Below, piece after piece: positions 17,040 through 27,190 of a stretch of 64,000 nucleotides of DNA. The translations under genes and the position numbers were made by a program. The stretch comes from Chlamydiota bacterium (lineage in GTDB: Bacteria > Chlamydiota > Chlamydiia > Chlamydiales > JAAZZY01), in assembly GCA_022601335.1 (NCBI GenBank), contig JAJACV010000049.1, forward strand, positions 1,176-65,175, written 5' to 3'. The first letter of the stretch is position 1, and every line of letters starts with the position of its first letter. Under the pieces are notes generated by a model. It saw only the letters and a list, made by a program, of their open reading frames with translations, did not search any database and was not told where the DNA came from.

Positions 17040-17488
17040 AACAAGTTTTCGATCCCATACGAAAAATATGGGTCTCAGCTACACCCGAAGAAATTGTGCG
17101 CCAAAAATGGATTGAAGTCATGGTGCGTCATTTAGGGTTTCCTAAAGAATTACTTGTTGTTGAAAGAGGGGTGAAATTATTACCCCATTTAAAGGGTGCC
17201 TCGCTTGGATGTCCAGATAGACGCGTAGATCTTCTCGCTTATGCAAAGGGAGAAGAGGGGAATCTTTTCCCTCTTCTACTTATTGAATGTAAATGCACTC
17301 CTTTAAATGCTAAAGCGCTAGCTCAGGTCTTTGGATATCATCACTACATTCAATCAAAGTTTTTAGGTTTGGCTAATGAAGACGAAATTTTAATCGGATA
17401 CCAAACAAAAGAGGGGATGCAAACTTTAAAATTTCTTCCTGATTACTCGCAGCTACTAAAAGCCATGGTCTCCCCCAATCATTCCTGA
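17030..17488 (+). CDS. HsdR_N-like (type I restriction enzyme R N-terminal domain) PD-(D/E)xK protein
   Basis: ATPEEIVRQKWIEVMV...RVDLLAY...LLLIECK...AQVFGY gives D, ExK and QxxxY motifs. Overlaps the upstream gene by 10 nt. Confidence 0.6.
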   Translation: MALKQVFDPIRKIWVSATPEEIVRQKWIEVMVRHLGFPKELLVVERGVKLLPHLKGASLGCPDRRVDLLAYAKGEEGNLFPLLLIECKCTPLNAKALAQVFGYHHYIQSKFLGLANEDEILIGYQTKEGMQTLKFLPDYSQLLKAMVSPNHS

Positions 17489-18994
17489 GGAATGCTGAGT
17501 AAAATAGTAGGTCGTAATAAAAGAGTTGTCGCTCTCTAATGTACACCAACCCGTCTCCTGATCAAGAAAATGAGACAACTCATCTTTTGATTCTATGACG
17601 TATGTCCCGCGAGGGGGTATTTTAATTTCCCTCTGAAGCGTTTTCTCATCTCTTTGTCTGTAAAAAGTTGCTTTGATTAGAGCCGTTTTTTGGTAATCTT
17701 TTTTAGGGGCATCATTATGACACCAAATAGATCCACTTAAAGATGCAGGCATCATTGGGGCCCAACGAAAAGCTGTTTTCTTTGTTTCTAAAGAGGGGTT
17801 TGCAGGATAAAAATTAGTACAGATATTGCAAGGAAGTCCTCCAGTTTTTAGACCAATATCTAAGCTGACTTTGAGGCGAGATGGAATAAATTTACTTGCT
17901 TTTGAAGTAGCAATCATTTTGAAAGTATAGTGCTTAGAGGCATCCAAACCCTCCGTATACTTGCTTAAATCTAACCAAGTAAAAGAAGCGTTTTTGGTGA
18001 ATTGTAAAACAGACTCTGCTTTTTTTATAAACGATCCATCCAAATTGTAAATTTCAAGATCAATACTAAATTGAGAAGGAGAGTAAATAGGGTAAAAATA
18101 AGCACGCGTTATATAGGAGGCGGGGCTCATTAAGGGAAGCATGAGAGCTGCAGGCTGCCAAGAATCATCCGGAGTCATCCAGTAATCAGAAGGCTCCACT
18201 TTCTTTGTAAGATCGTAATAGGTGTGAGTCACACTCATTGAGCCAGTCGTGTGATTCCTATTACCTACAAGAAGACGTGGGAAAGTTTTAGAATGAGGAA
18301 GTGAAATTTTCATACAACCCGCTTTTCCATTCAAATGAGATTTAAGCTCTTTCCAGTAGGCTAAAGAAATATACTCAGTTTGATTTGGTTGGCAGTCCAG
18401 TTCCAAAGACGAGCCTATGACTTTTTGATCCGAGTTATAGGCAGCTAGTTGTACCGCTTGTTTGTAATCTTCTTTAGATCCATTGATATAAGTAATAAAA
18501 GGGTCCGTCTCTTCATCTGCGTAAATATTAAAGCCCGATTCAATGGCAAGAGGTCTTTGATTAATGCTAAAATCTTCTTCATCATTATAAGAGCGTTGAG
18601 CTGAGTGTACAAAGGTCGAAAAATGATTTCCAATATATTGAACAACTACAGCTGGGTACGGAAAAACAAGGTTTTCTGGAGAAGCAAACTCTATTTCTAA
18701 ACTGCCACCAAAAGGGTAGCGTTTTCCTATCAATTCACTCAGATTAATTGAATAAGCTCGTACTTCTTCAACATAAAAGCATTTATTTAAAATTTTATTT
18801 CCATGCAAATCTCTTATATAGAGTCTGCAAAGAATGTGATCGATCCCTCTTTTTACTTTCCAGTAATTAAAAAAAAGAAGCTTCATCGATCGATTACAAT
18901 CAAAGAAAATAGGAAAAATAGCCGATGCTCTATTACAACTAGAACTCGGAGAGGGATTTAATAAACTCTTTAAATGCTCTTCATAACTCTTCAA
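17456..18994 (-). CDS. Hypothetical protein (512 aa) with an apparent internal duplication
   Basis: Long uninterrupted ORF. The two halves share a similar beta-rich pattern. No catalytic motif recognised. Confidence 0.5.
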   Translation of the reverse strand: MKSYEEHLKSLLNPSPSSSCNRASAIFPIFFDCNRSMKLLFFNYWKVKRGIDHILCRLYIRDLHGNKILNKCFYVEEVRAYSINLSELIGKRYPFGGSLEIEFASPENLVFPYPAVVVQYIGNHFSTFVHSAQRSYNDEEDFSINQRPLAIESGFNIYADEETDPFITYINGSKEDYKQAVQLAAYNSDQKVIGSSLELDCQPNQTEYISLAYWKELKSHLNGKAGCMKISLPHSKTFPRLLVGNRNHTTGSMSVTHTYYDLTKKVEPSDYWMTPDDSWQPAALMLPLMSPASYITRAYFYPIYSPSQFSIDLEIYNLDGSFIKKAESVLQFTKNASFTWLDLSKYTEGLDASKHYTFKMIATSKASKFIPSRLKVSLDIGLKTGGLPCNICTNFYPANPSLETKKTAFRWAPMMPASLSGSIWCHNDAPKKDYQKTALIKATFYRQRDEKTLQREIKIPPRGTYVIESKDELSHFLDQETGWCTLESDNSFITTYYFTQHSSGMIGGDHGF

Positions 18995-19367
18995 TGGGAG
19001 CCTCCTTAAATTAGTAAAAAAATAATAGAATCCGCATCATGTGGTAATTAAAAATATTTCTACAAATGATTTTTAGAGAGAGGTCTTTTTTTATAGAAAA
19101 GTTAGACCTTTTAGCTTATGATGTAACAGAAATTTAATTTGAGTATGCATTATTGTACTCAAAAAAAGAATTAAAATAGATCTCAAAAGGAAAGTACTTA
19201 AACAAGCGTTTTTGAATTCCTTTTAAATAAAAATGTGAACCGAGAGTAGACGTTGACCGTGATTTTGAATCTAAAGAACCCTTTGATACGATCATTTAAC
19301 CGACAAGGTGAAATTTTCCTTCTTTCTGATACCATGTCTACACTCTCAATATGGACAGATTATTCCT

Positions 19368-20912
19368 ATGCAAGAAATTCTTCTCAATGTAGAAACAAAA
19401 GAGATTCGCATGGCCACTCTCAAGAATGGTACTTTGCAGAACCTCGTCGTAGAACGAAAAAAAGAACGCCAGCTCACCGGTAATATTTATCGGGGTAGAG
19501 TTACCAATATTTTACATAATATTCAATCTGCGTTTATAGATATTAACGAATCTGAAAATGGATTTATTCATATCTCAGACATCTTGGAAAATAAAAAGAA
19601 ATTTGAAGAGATGTATGATATGGACTTTGATCTCGTTGTAGATGAAAAGGATCCCCCTAAAAAAAATCAAAAAGAAAAAGATAAAGATATTGAAGAGGTC
19701 ATGAAAATTGACCAACCCGTACTGGCACAAGTTTTGAAAGAGCCCATAGGCTCTAAAGGAGCGAGGCTCACGTCTAAAGTCTCAATTGCAGGTCGCTATT
19801 TAGTGCTGCTGCCAAACTCTATTCATCGAGGAGTTTCAAGAAAAATTGAAGATGTAAATGAAAGAGCTAAACTCAAAAAATTAATTCGCTCTTTTGAAAT
19901 GCCTCAAGACATGGGGTTGATCTGCCGTACAGCATCACGTTATGCTACTACCGAGCTACTTATTGCTGAAGCCCATGATTTAATTAGCACTTGGGAAGGG
20001 ATTATAGAAAAATATCATAAATCTAAAGGCTCATGCTGTCTTTATCAAGAGTCTGATTTGATAAAAAGAGCTGTGATGATTGCTATTGATAAACGCTATG
20101 ATCGCCTTTTAATTGATGACCCTCATACATTCAGACAATGTAAGAACATTTATAATCGATATGCGGATGAACACCCTTTAAAACTAGAATTGTACCGAGA
20201 TAAAGTGCCTATGTTTGAGCGCTTTAATGTAGAAAAAGAAATAGAAAAAGCACTTCGACACAAAATTTGGCTGCCAAGTGGGGGGTATCTCTTTTTTGAG
20301 CATACTGAAGCTATGTGTACTATAGATGTCAACTCCGGAAGAAGTACAAAAAATGAAAGAAATTTAGAAGAGACTTTAGTACGAATCAATCTGGAAGCCG
20401 CAGAAGAAATAGCCAGGCAACTTAGAATTAGAAATCTAGGTGGGCTTGTTATTTGTGATTTTATTGATATGAGAATGAAAAAGAATCAAAGAAGATTACA
20501 GGATTATCTCAAAGATCAAATGAAACAAGATAGCGCTAAATGCACTATCTTAGGAATGAGTGAATTTGGTCTGGTAGAAATGACGCGTCAGCGAAACAGA
20601 GAATCTCTTAGACAAATGATGTTTACAAACTGCCCGTACTGTTCAGGATCTGGGAGCGTTAAGAATTTTGAGACATTAACTATAGAGATAGAGAGGGCCT
20701 TGAAGAAAGTCGTCTTAGTAGAAAATCAATTTGCACTAGAGCTTAAAGTTCACCCAGAACTAAATAAATATCTTAGAGAAATTGATAAAGACTTTTTATT
20801 GAAACTTTCTGACAAACTTAATGCTAGATTAGAATTTACTCAAGATGAAACCTACCACTTAAATGAGTTTAGTTTTTTTTCTACAACGAGTGGAAAACAA
20901 ATTAATTATTGA
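19368..20912 (+). CDS. rng: Ribonuclease G/E family endoribonuclease
   Basis: S1 domain GNIYRGRVTNILHNIQSAFIDI, a catalytic-core pattern, and the Zn-link CPYCSGSG. The ATG at 19368 (MQEILLNV) is preferred to the upstream GTG at 19308. Confidence 0.9.
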   Translation: MQEILLNVETKEIRMATLKNGTLQNLVVERKKERQLTGNIYRGRVTNILHNIQSAFIDINESENGFIHISDILENKKKFEEMYDMDFDLVVDEKDPPKKNQKEKDKDIEEVMKIDQPVLAQVLKEPIGSKGARLTSKVSIAGRYLVLLPNSIHRGVSRKIEDVNERAKLKKLIRSFEMPQDMGLICRTASRYATTELLIAEAHDLISTWEGIIEKYHKSKGSCCLYQESDLIKRAVMIAIDKRYDRLLIDDPHTFRQCKNIYNRYADEHPLKLELYRDKVPMFERFNVEKEIEKALRHKIWLPSGGYLFFEHTEAMCTIDVNSGRSTKNERNLEETLVRINLEAAEEIARQLRIRNLGGLVICDFIDMRMKKNQRRLQDYLKDQMKQDSAKCTILGMSEFGLVEMTRQRNRESLRQMMFTNCPYCSGSGSVKNFETLTIEIERALKKVVLVENQFALELKVHPELNKYLREIDKDFLLKLSDKLNARLEFTQDETYHLNEFSFFSTTSGKQINY

Positions 20913-20913
20913 A

Positions 20914-21948
20914 ATGAAGCAAATAGAGCAACTACAAAGTCAATTAAGAGAACTTTTCAAAAAACGTGTTTTAGATAAAAGAAATTTTGAGATTACAAAA
21001 GATTGTATTCAAAGTTATTTCAATAGCGCAGCTCAAGGGGAATATTCCGCTGAGCACACCGGAAAAATTCTAGAAATTTTTTTAGAACGCCTTGAATATT
21101 TGCACAAACATCCATTTACCTTTAAGCCGTATCATCATCAAATTCTAGAGCCGTTTGACTACCATCAGTATGGAATAGACTTTGTCAAACCTTTAGTCAA
21201 TAAAGAAGCATCTACGTTTATTGGCGGGGAAAATTTAAAACAAATCAATCAGAAAGTATCGCAGGGTCACAATGTTATTTTATTTGCAAATCATCAAACA
21301 GAGCTAGATCCTCAATTTATGAGCGTGCTGCTTGAAGAAGAGTATGCTCAGTTAGCAAAAGATATGATTTTTGTAGCTGGAGATAGAGTTATTTTAGATC
21401 AATTAGCTATTCCTATGAGCATGGGAAGAAATCTTTTATGCATCTACTCAAAGAAGCACATTGAAAACCCACCTCAACTTATGGAGGAAAAGAGACTTCA
21501 TAATAAAAAAACGATGGAGCTAATGAGTGATTTATTAGTCGAGGGGGGGAAATGCATTTATGTAGCTCCTTCAGGTGGGCGTGATAGACCCAACGCTAAT
21601 GGAGAGTTTAGAGTGTCTAGGTTAGATCCAAAAAGTCTTGAGTTATTTTACATTATGGCTCTTAAGTCAAAACAACCTACAGATTTTTATTCTCTCTCTT
21701 TACTCACTCATGAAGTGATGCCTCCTCCGAAAGAAGTTAGCGAAGATTTAGGAGAAGATCGACTCACTAAATACGCAGGAATTTATGCTGCTTTTGGAAA
21801 AAGTATTGATATGGTTAATTTTTCAAAGCAACCTATTGAAAATAAAGTTGAAAGAAGGCATCTAAGATCTGAATTTATTTGGAAACAAATTAATGATGAC
21901 TATCAAAAACTTATTACAATTCAAGGTCAAAATGAAAAGTCTAGCTAA
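20914..21948 (+). CDS. Glycerol-3-phosphate acyltransferase, plant/chlamydial (ATS1-like) type
   Basis: Acyltransferase HX4D motif FANHQTELDP and block III APSGGRDR. The ATG lies 1 nt after the rng stop. Confidence 0.85.
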   Translation: MKQIEQLQSQLRELFKKRVLDKRNFEITKDCIQSYFNSAAQGEYSAEHTGKILEIFLERLEYLHKHPFTFKPYHHQILEPFDYHQYGIDFVKPLVNKEASTFIGGENLKQINQKVSQGHNVILFANHQTELDPQFMSVLLEEEYAQLAKDMIFVAGDRVILDQLAIPMSMGRNLLCIYSKKHIENPPQLMEEKRLHNKKTMELMSDLLVEGGKCIYVAPSGGRDRPNANGEFRVSRLDPKSLELFYIMALKSKQPTDFYSLSLLTHEVMPPPKEVSEDLGEDRLTKYAGIYAAFGKSIDMVNFSKQPIENKVERRHLRSEFIWKQINDDYQKLITIQGQNEKSS

Positions 21949-24883
21949 AATTCTTCGGATCCTTTTTCTTGCGTTAACTCTACCAATTGCCTCTTTGTCA
22001 GCAGACTATACAGTTGTCGAAGATCAAATGAGCGAACAAGTTAAAACGCCTTCTTTGCAAAATGTCGAAAAAAAGAAAATCAGATTGGAGAATGGCTTAG
22101 AAGCCATTGTTATTTCAGATCCAAATACACCAAAGTCTGGAGCTTCTATCGCCGTGGGAGCGGGTAACTCTGAAGAACCTTTTGATAAAATTGGATTAGC
22201 ACATTTTGTTGAGCATATGCTTTTTATGGGGACCGAGGAGTATCCTGTAGAAAAAGAATATCATGAGTTTATTGATCAAAACGGAGGAACAACCAACGCA
22301 TACACTTCCTCAAATCAAACTGTTTACATGTTTGAAATTAATAATGATAAAATGCCAGAGGCCATTTCTAGATTTGCTTCTTTTTTTTCGACCCCTCTTT
22401 TTAACTCATCTGGCTTAAGCCGGGAAAGACAGGCTGTTGACCACGAATTTACCTATCGTACAAACATGGATGGAGTCAGACAGTATCTTGCATTTCTTGA
22501 AATGACCAAAAAAGATCACCCACTCCATAATTGGAGATGTGGAAACAAAGAAACCCTTTCGGACATTTCTCGAGATGAACTTGTAGAATGGTATCGCTCT
22601 CACTATGGAGCGAATAAAATGAAGCTTGCGGTCTATACTTCGCTTCCGATGAATGAAGCTCTAGCACAAATTGATCAAGCTTTCTCTATTATTCCTCAAA
22701 ATGCTGAGAAGAAAGTAGCACTACAACCTCAAATAATAGATCCTAAAAATTTAGGATCGAAAATCTATTTAGAACCCATCAAAGATTTAAGATCTTTGAG
22801 CATTTGGTGGGAAGTTCCTTCTACATTTGCTGATGATCTAGATTGTCATACAATGGATCTTGTAGGCGATGCTTTATGTGAAGAATATTCAGGTAGCCTA
22901 GCTACCTACTTAAAAAAAGAAGGTCTCATTCAAGGATTGTCAGCAGGTGGCATGACTATGGATGATCAAATTGCCATTTTTCAGATTTCAATGGAATTGA
23001 CTGAAAGAGGCATCTACCAAGTAGATACAATTATTGAAAATACTTTTTCATCTCTAGCTGCTTTAAAAAAAGAAGGCATACCTAGGTATCGATTTGATGA
23101 AAAAGTAAATATGGCAAAAATTAACTATCAATATCAGTCTCGCCCAAAAGTCTTTTCTTTCATTTCTCAAACTTCGGCTCAAATGAAAGATGAACCTTTG
23201 GAAACTTTCCCTTTAAAGCATAGCTGGCCAACTAAGTTTTCTGCTGAAAGAAATCAATTTTTTTTAGAAAGTTTAAACGCTGATGAAGCTATTTATATTG
23301 TCATGGCTCCAAACTCATTTCTTGAAAAACAGTTAGATCATACAGAAAAGTTATCACAAGCTAAGTTCGCATTAGAGAAAGTACCTGAAAACCTTTTAAA
23401 TGCGTGGACTCACCCTAAAAATAACCCGCTCATAGGAATGGCACCCCCTAATCCCTATATTCCCAACAACCTTGATTTAGTTGAGATAGACACGACGATC
23501 ACTCAGACTGATCAACCTCGTGTGTTAACACAAAGTGATAAGGGGATCTCTTACTTTAGCCAAGATTCTGTTTACCAAGTTCCTGAGGTTTACTGTGAAG
23601 TAAATATTAACACACCAAAGTTAGATTTTAGTCCCGAGGCTCAAGTGCAAACTCAGCTTTATCTTTTATCTATCAGTGATGCTCTTGCAACTCTAGCTGA
23701 TCAAGGAAGCTCAGCAGGTATTTATCATCAAGTGAGTGAAGACCCTAATTTTGGGATTAAAGTGGGTATCTATGGATATAGCCAAAAATCACAAGCTTAC
23801 CTACAAGAGGTGATAGAAACTCTTAAAAATCATAAGCCTACTCAGGAAGAATTTGCAAGGTATCGAGAAAAGCTATTAAGCCACTATGAGAATCAAGCAA
23901 GCAAGCAAATGCCACTTGTGGAAGCATCTCAAGCAGTCAATTCCATATTGATCAAAGAATACGTATCTTTTGATGCTAAACTAGAAACACTAAGTCGAAT
24001 TAATTATTCTAACTTTTGTCAGTTTCAGTCCTCTTTATATGACCAAGTTTACTTTAGATCTTTTTTCTATGGAAATCTTGAAGACTCTACAGCTCTTCAA
24101 ATGAATGACTATGTAACCCATGTCTTTTCTGAGTCTCAATCTTTTCCGTTAAATGAGCAGAGGAAGCAGTCTATTTTAGAGTTTGGTGAGGCAACAACTC
24201 CACACTTAATTGCAAAAAACTCTAACATGGAAGGAAATGCAGCACTGTTAGCCATAGGCCAAGGCGAAATGAACTCTGAAAAGCTAGCAGCTCTTTCGGT
24301 TTTTTCAAAAGCGATTGAAACTCCTTTCTTTGATACTCTCAGAACGAAGCAACAAACAGGCTATTTAGTTCGCTTTAGTTCAGATGAAATACAAAGACAA
24401 CTTTTTTCATTCTTTATGGTGTTATCCAATTCTCATTCTCCGAGAGACTTGCTTGCCCGATTTGAACTGTTTAACGAAGATTTTTTAAAAGTTCTAAATA
24501 CGGAAGTATTCAACGAAGAGAAATTCAATGCTATCAAAGGGGCCCTGGTACTTGAACTTGAACAGCCTGAGAGAAGCTTACAGGCTAAAGGAAAATTATT
24601 CAGTACCTTAGCTTTTGAATATCAAGGTGATTTTAATTTGAAAAAAAATAGAATCACGGCATTAAATAACCTTTCCTTTAATGACTTTTTACAGTTCGCA
24701 TACACTTATTATGGGCGTAGTAACCCAAGACGTGTTGCGGCCTTAGTAGAAGGCAGTATCGCTCCTGAAAATGCTTTGGATTACACTGAAATTAATAATA
24801 TACAAAATTTCAAAACACAGCTTTTCTATACTTCTATTAGTTTAAGTGAGCCTCAAACGGAATCAAAAATAGATGAGCTTTGA
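21932..24883 (+). CDS. M16 (insulinase/pitrilysin) family zinc peptidase, secreted
   Basis: Inverted zinc motif HFVEHMLFMGT, a signal peptide from the ATG at 21932 (MKSLAKILRILFLALTLPIASLSA), and ~980 aa, the size of insulin-degrading-enzyme-like proteins. Confidence 0.9.
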   Translation: MKSLAKILRILFLALTLPIASLSADYTVVEDQMSEQVKTPSLQNVEKKKIRLENGLEAIVISDPNTPKSGASIAVGAGNSEEPFDKIGLAHFVEHMLFMGTEEYPVEKEYHEFIDQNGGTTNAYTSSNQTVYMFEINNDKMPEAISRFASFFSTPLFNSSGLSRERQAVDHEFTYRTNMDGVRQYLAFLEMTKKDHPLHNWRCGNKETLSDISRDELVEWYRSHYGANKMKLAVYTSLPMNEALAQIDQAFSIIPQNAEKKVALQPQIIDPKNLGSKIYLEPIKDLRSLSIWWEVPSTFADDLDCHTMDLVGDALCEEYSGSLATYLKKEGLIQGLSAGGMTMDDQIAIFQISMELTERGIYQVDTIIENTFSSLAALKKEGIPRYRFDEKVNMAKINYQYQSRPKVFSFISQTSAQMKDEPLETFPLKHSWPTKFSAERNQFFLESLNADEAIYIVMAPNSFLEKQLDHTEKLSQAKFALEKVPENLLNAWTHPKNNPLIGMAPPNPYIPNNLDLVEIDTTITQTDQPRVLTQSDKGISYFSQDSVYQVPEVYCEVNINTPKLDFSPEAQVQTQLYLLSISDALATLADQGSSAGIYHQVSEDPNFGIKVGIYGYSQKSQAYLQEVIETLKNHKPTQEEFARYREKLLSHYENQASKQMPLVEASQAVNSILIKEYVSFDAKLETLSRINYSNFCQFQSSLYDQVYFRSFFYGNLEDSTALQMNDYVTHVFSESQSFPLNEQRKQSILEFGEATTPHLIAKNSNMEGNAALLAIGQGEMNSEKLAALSVFSKAIETPFFDTLRTKQQTGYLVRFSSDEIQRQLFSFFMVLSNSHSPRDLLARFELFNEDFLKVLNTEVFNEEKFNAIKGALVLELEQPERSLQAKGKLFSTLAFEYQGDFNLKKNRITALNNLSFNDFLQFAYTYYGRSNPRRVAALVEGSIAPENALDYTEINNIQNFKTQLFYTSISLSEPQTESKIDEL

Positions 24884-26303
24884 ATTAACTGAAAAAAAAC
24901 AGTGGGCAGCTCTCTTTTTACTGAGCCTCGGTTATGCTACGATTTATCTCGACATGACCGCACTCAATATTGCGCTGCCGTTTATTCAAGAGACCTTTAG
25001 CTCTACGAATACACAACTGTTTTGGATCGTTAATGCCTATATTATTACCACAGCAGCTTTTGCCCTTGCAGGAGGCAGGCTGGGGGATATTTTTGGACTC
25101 AGAAATATTTTTTTAATAGGTGTTTCTCTATTTGGATTCGCATCCATCGGATGTGCAGTTTCATTTTCTTCAGAAGCCCTTATTTTATGGAGGGCTATTC
25201 AAGGTGTTGGTGGTGCGCTGACTATTTCAACATCCGCAGCTCTTATTTATCAAATTTTTCCTAGAGAAAAGCAAGGAAGAGCCATGGGTTTTTTTGGCCT
25301 AACCTCTGTTCTATTTATAATGCTAGGACCTACTGTCGGAGGATGCTTAACACAGTACCTCAGTTGGAGATGGGTTTTTTGGTTAAATCCTATGATGGGA
25401 GTCATTTCTTGCTCTGCAATTTACTTTCTTATTAAAGGAATTGATCGCCTTCGTGACACAGAAGCTACCTTTGATTTTATTGGACAGCTGCTTTTAGTCG
25501 GTTTTATGGGACCTATTATCATAGCTTTGATGCAGTTAGAAAAGTGGGGGTGGACTTCACCCTTTTTCTTAAATTTATTAGCAGTCGGAGTGGTATTTTT
25601 TATCTCATTTATCGTTTATGAGAAAAGACAAAAATACCCACTTTTTGATTTTACCCTATTCGAAAACAACAACTTTAAAATTGCAATTATTCTATATTTT
25701 TTCTCCCAATTTGCCGTTGTTTCAAATGTCTTATTTGCTCTGTACCTAGAAAAATCGCTAGGATACAAACCTCTTATGGCAGGAATAGCTCTTCTTCCAA
25801 ATGCTCTTTTAGGCTTTTTGGGGAACCCTATTGCTGGAACTCTTATTGACAAATTTGGCCCTAAAAAAGTGATTCAAGCAGGTTTATTGTCAGGAAGTAT
25901 GGCCTTTATTTGGCTCTCTTTTTCAGCCTATACCCTCAATTACTACTGCTTACTTGTTGCTCTTTTAGTTATTAGTATAGCCCTCCCTCTCTACATGATC
26001 GGTATCGTTGTTATGGCTATGCATACAGCATCGCCAAATCAAAAGGGGATGGTTGCTGGAATTAGCATGACTATGCGACAAACAGGAGGAGCTTTTGCGG
26101 TTGCCTTCATGGCCCTAATTGTTGCTTTCTATGAAAAAAAATACGGAGAAATTCTTCCTCCAGGCGAGACCTTTACAAAAGGATATTCAGCAGGCATGCT
26201 GCTTATTGCCCTAGCTCTGGGAGTTGCTCTTTACGCATCTATCTGGATTGGGCAAGAAAAACCAGCACAAAGCACTGATGATGATGTTGTATCAGTCGAT
26301 TAA
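24873..26303 (+). CDS. MFS transporter, DHA2 (EmrB/QacA-like, 14-TM) family
   Basis: Highly hydrophobic with about 14 predicted TM segments. MFS motif GGRLGDIFGLR after TM2. Confidence 0.85.
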   Translation: MSFELTEKKQWAALFLLSLGYATIYLDMTALNIALPFIQETFSSTNTQLFWIVNAYIITTAAFALAGGRLGDIFGLRNIFLIGVSLFGFASIGCAVSFSSEALILWRAIQGVGGALTISTSAALIYQIFPREKQGRAMGFFGLTSVLFIMLGPTVGGCLTQYLSWRWVFWLNPMMGVISCSAIYFLIKGIDRLRDTEATFDFIGQLLLVGFMGPIIIALMQLEKWGWTSPFFLNLLAVGVVFFISFIVYEKRQKYPLFDFTLFENNNFKIAIILYFFSQFAVVSNVLFALYLEKSLGYKPLMAGIALLPNALLGFLGNPIAGTLIDKFGPKKVIQAGLLSGSMAFIWLSFSAYTLNYYCLLVALLVISIALPLYMIGIVVMAMHTASPNQKGMVAGISMTMRQTGGAFAVAFMALIVAFYEKKYGEILPPGETFTKGYSAGMLLIALALGVALYASIWIGQEKPAQSTDDDVVSVD

Positions 26304-27031
26304 TCAAACGGAACGTCTGGCAACTTCCATTTATCTTTTAACTTTAAATAATCATTTTTAGTCAGTTGGATAAGCACAGGTTTTGCTTCTTTTTTTAACC
26401 AGTGAGCTACATAAGACATATTCTTTTCAGACATGGCGGTGCAACCAGCTGTAGGATGTCCAGGAGCTCTCCACACATGAAGAAAGATAGCTGAACCTGC
26501 TTCTCTATCTACCGGCTCTTGATTGAACCCGACGACAGCTCCATATCTATAAGGTGTAATAAGGCTTACATCCTCAGCGCTGCTCCAATCTTTTTCAACT
26601 TTGTTAGCGTCTACAATCATGTTGTAATATTTAGAATTTACATCATCTACAGCAAATATAGTAGGTCCAAAATAAATGTAGGGAAGGTTATAAGATTCTG
26701 GAGAAGTGAGAGGATTAAGCTCAAATACCGCATCGATAGAGTAAATACCTAAAGGAGCTGTGAGGCTACCTTCACATCTCGGCTTTTCATTTGTAGGACA
26801 GGTCCCATGTAAACCATGTGACCAAGCAAGTCCGCCTCTTCCTAATGAAACTTCGATCGGAGAACCCTGTTGTTTCCACGAAGCCTCTTTTTCAAAAAGC
26901 CACATTTTACCCGTTGTGCTATTCATATGATCTGCCAAAACAAGTAAAGCTTGTGTGTGCTGATCTGCCAAATTGGCAAAGGCAAAACAGCTATAAATAC
27001 ACAATAATAGAGTCAGTATCTTCTTCATCAT
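26300..27031 (-). CDS. Secreted L,D-transpeptidase (YkuD/ErfK) family protein
   Basis: Signal peptide. The catalytic-domain pattern AIFLHVWRAPGHPTAGCTAM matches H...(S/T)xGC. Confidence 0.65.
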   Translation of the reverse strand: MMKKILTLLLCIYSCFAFANLADQHTQALLVLADHMNSTTGKMWLFEKEASWKQQGSPIEVSLGRGGLAWSHGLHGTCPTNEKPRCEGSLTAPLGIYSIDAVFELNPLTSPESYNLPYIYFGPTIFAVDDVNSKYYNMIVDANKVEKDWSSAEDVSLITPYRYGAVVGFNQEPVDREAGSAIFLHVWRAPGHPTAGCTAMSEKNMSYVAHWLKKEAKPVLIQLTKNDYLKLKDKWKLPDVPFD

Positions 27032-27190
27032 TTTCCTTGTTTAGAGATATTAGAGTGAAATTTCATGTCTGAATAATTAGTGAATAGGCTTTAAATTTCA
27101 ATTTTTTTGAAAAAAAGATAAAGTCTAACTTCTCTTTGTAAATTCATAATTGACTTATCATAAGTTATATATGGGTTGTTTCAGTATAAT

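Noticed and set aside
19253-19483. A 76-aa ORF, and the GTG-initiated N-terminal extension (19308) of the RNase G ORF
   Set aside because: RNase G homology begins at MQEILLNV (ATG at 19368). The upstream residues (MKFSFFLIPCLHSQYGQIIP) are not RNase-like, and the 76-aa ORF is out of frame over the same DNA.
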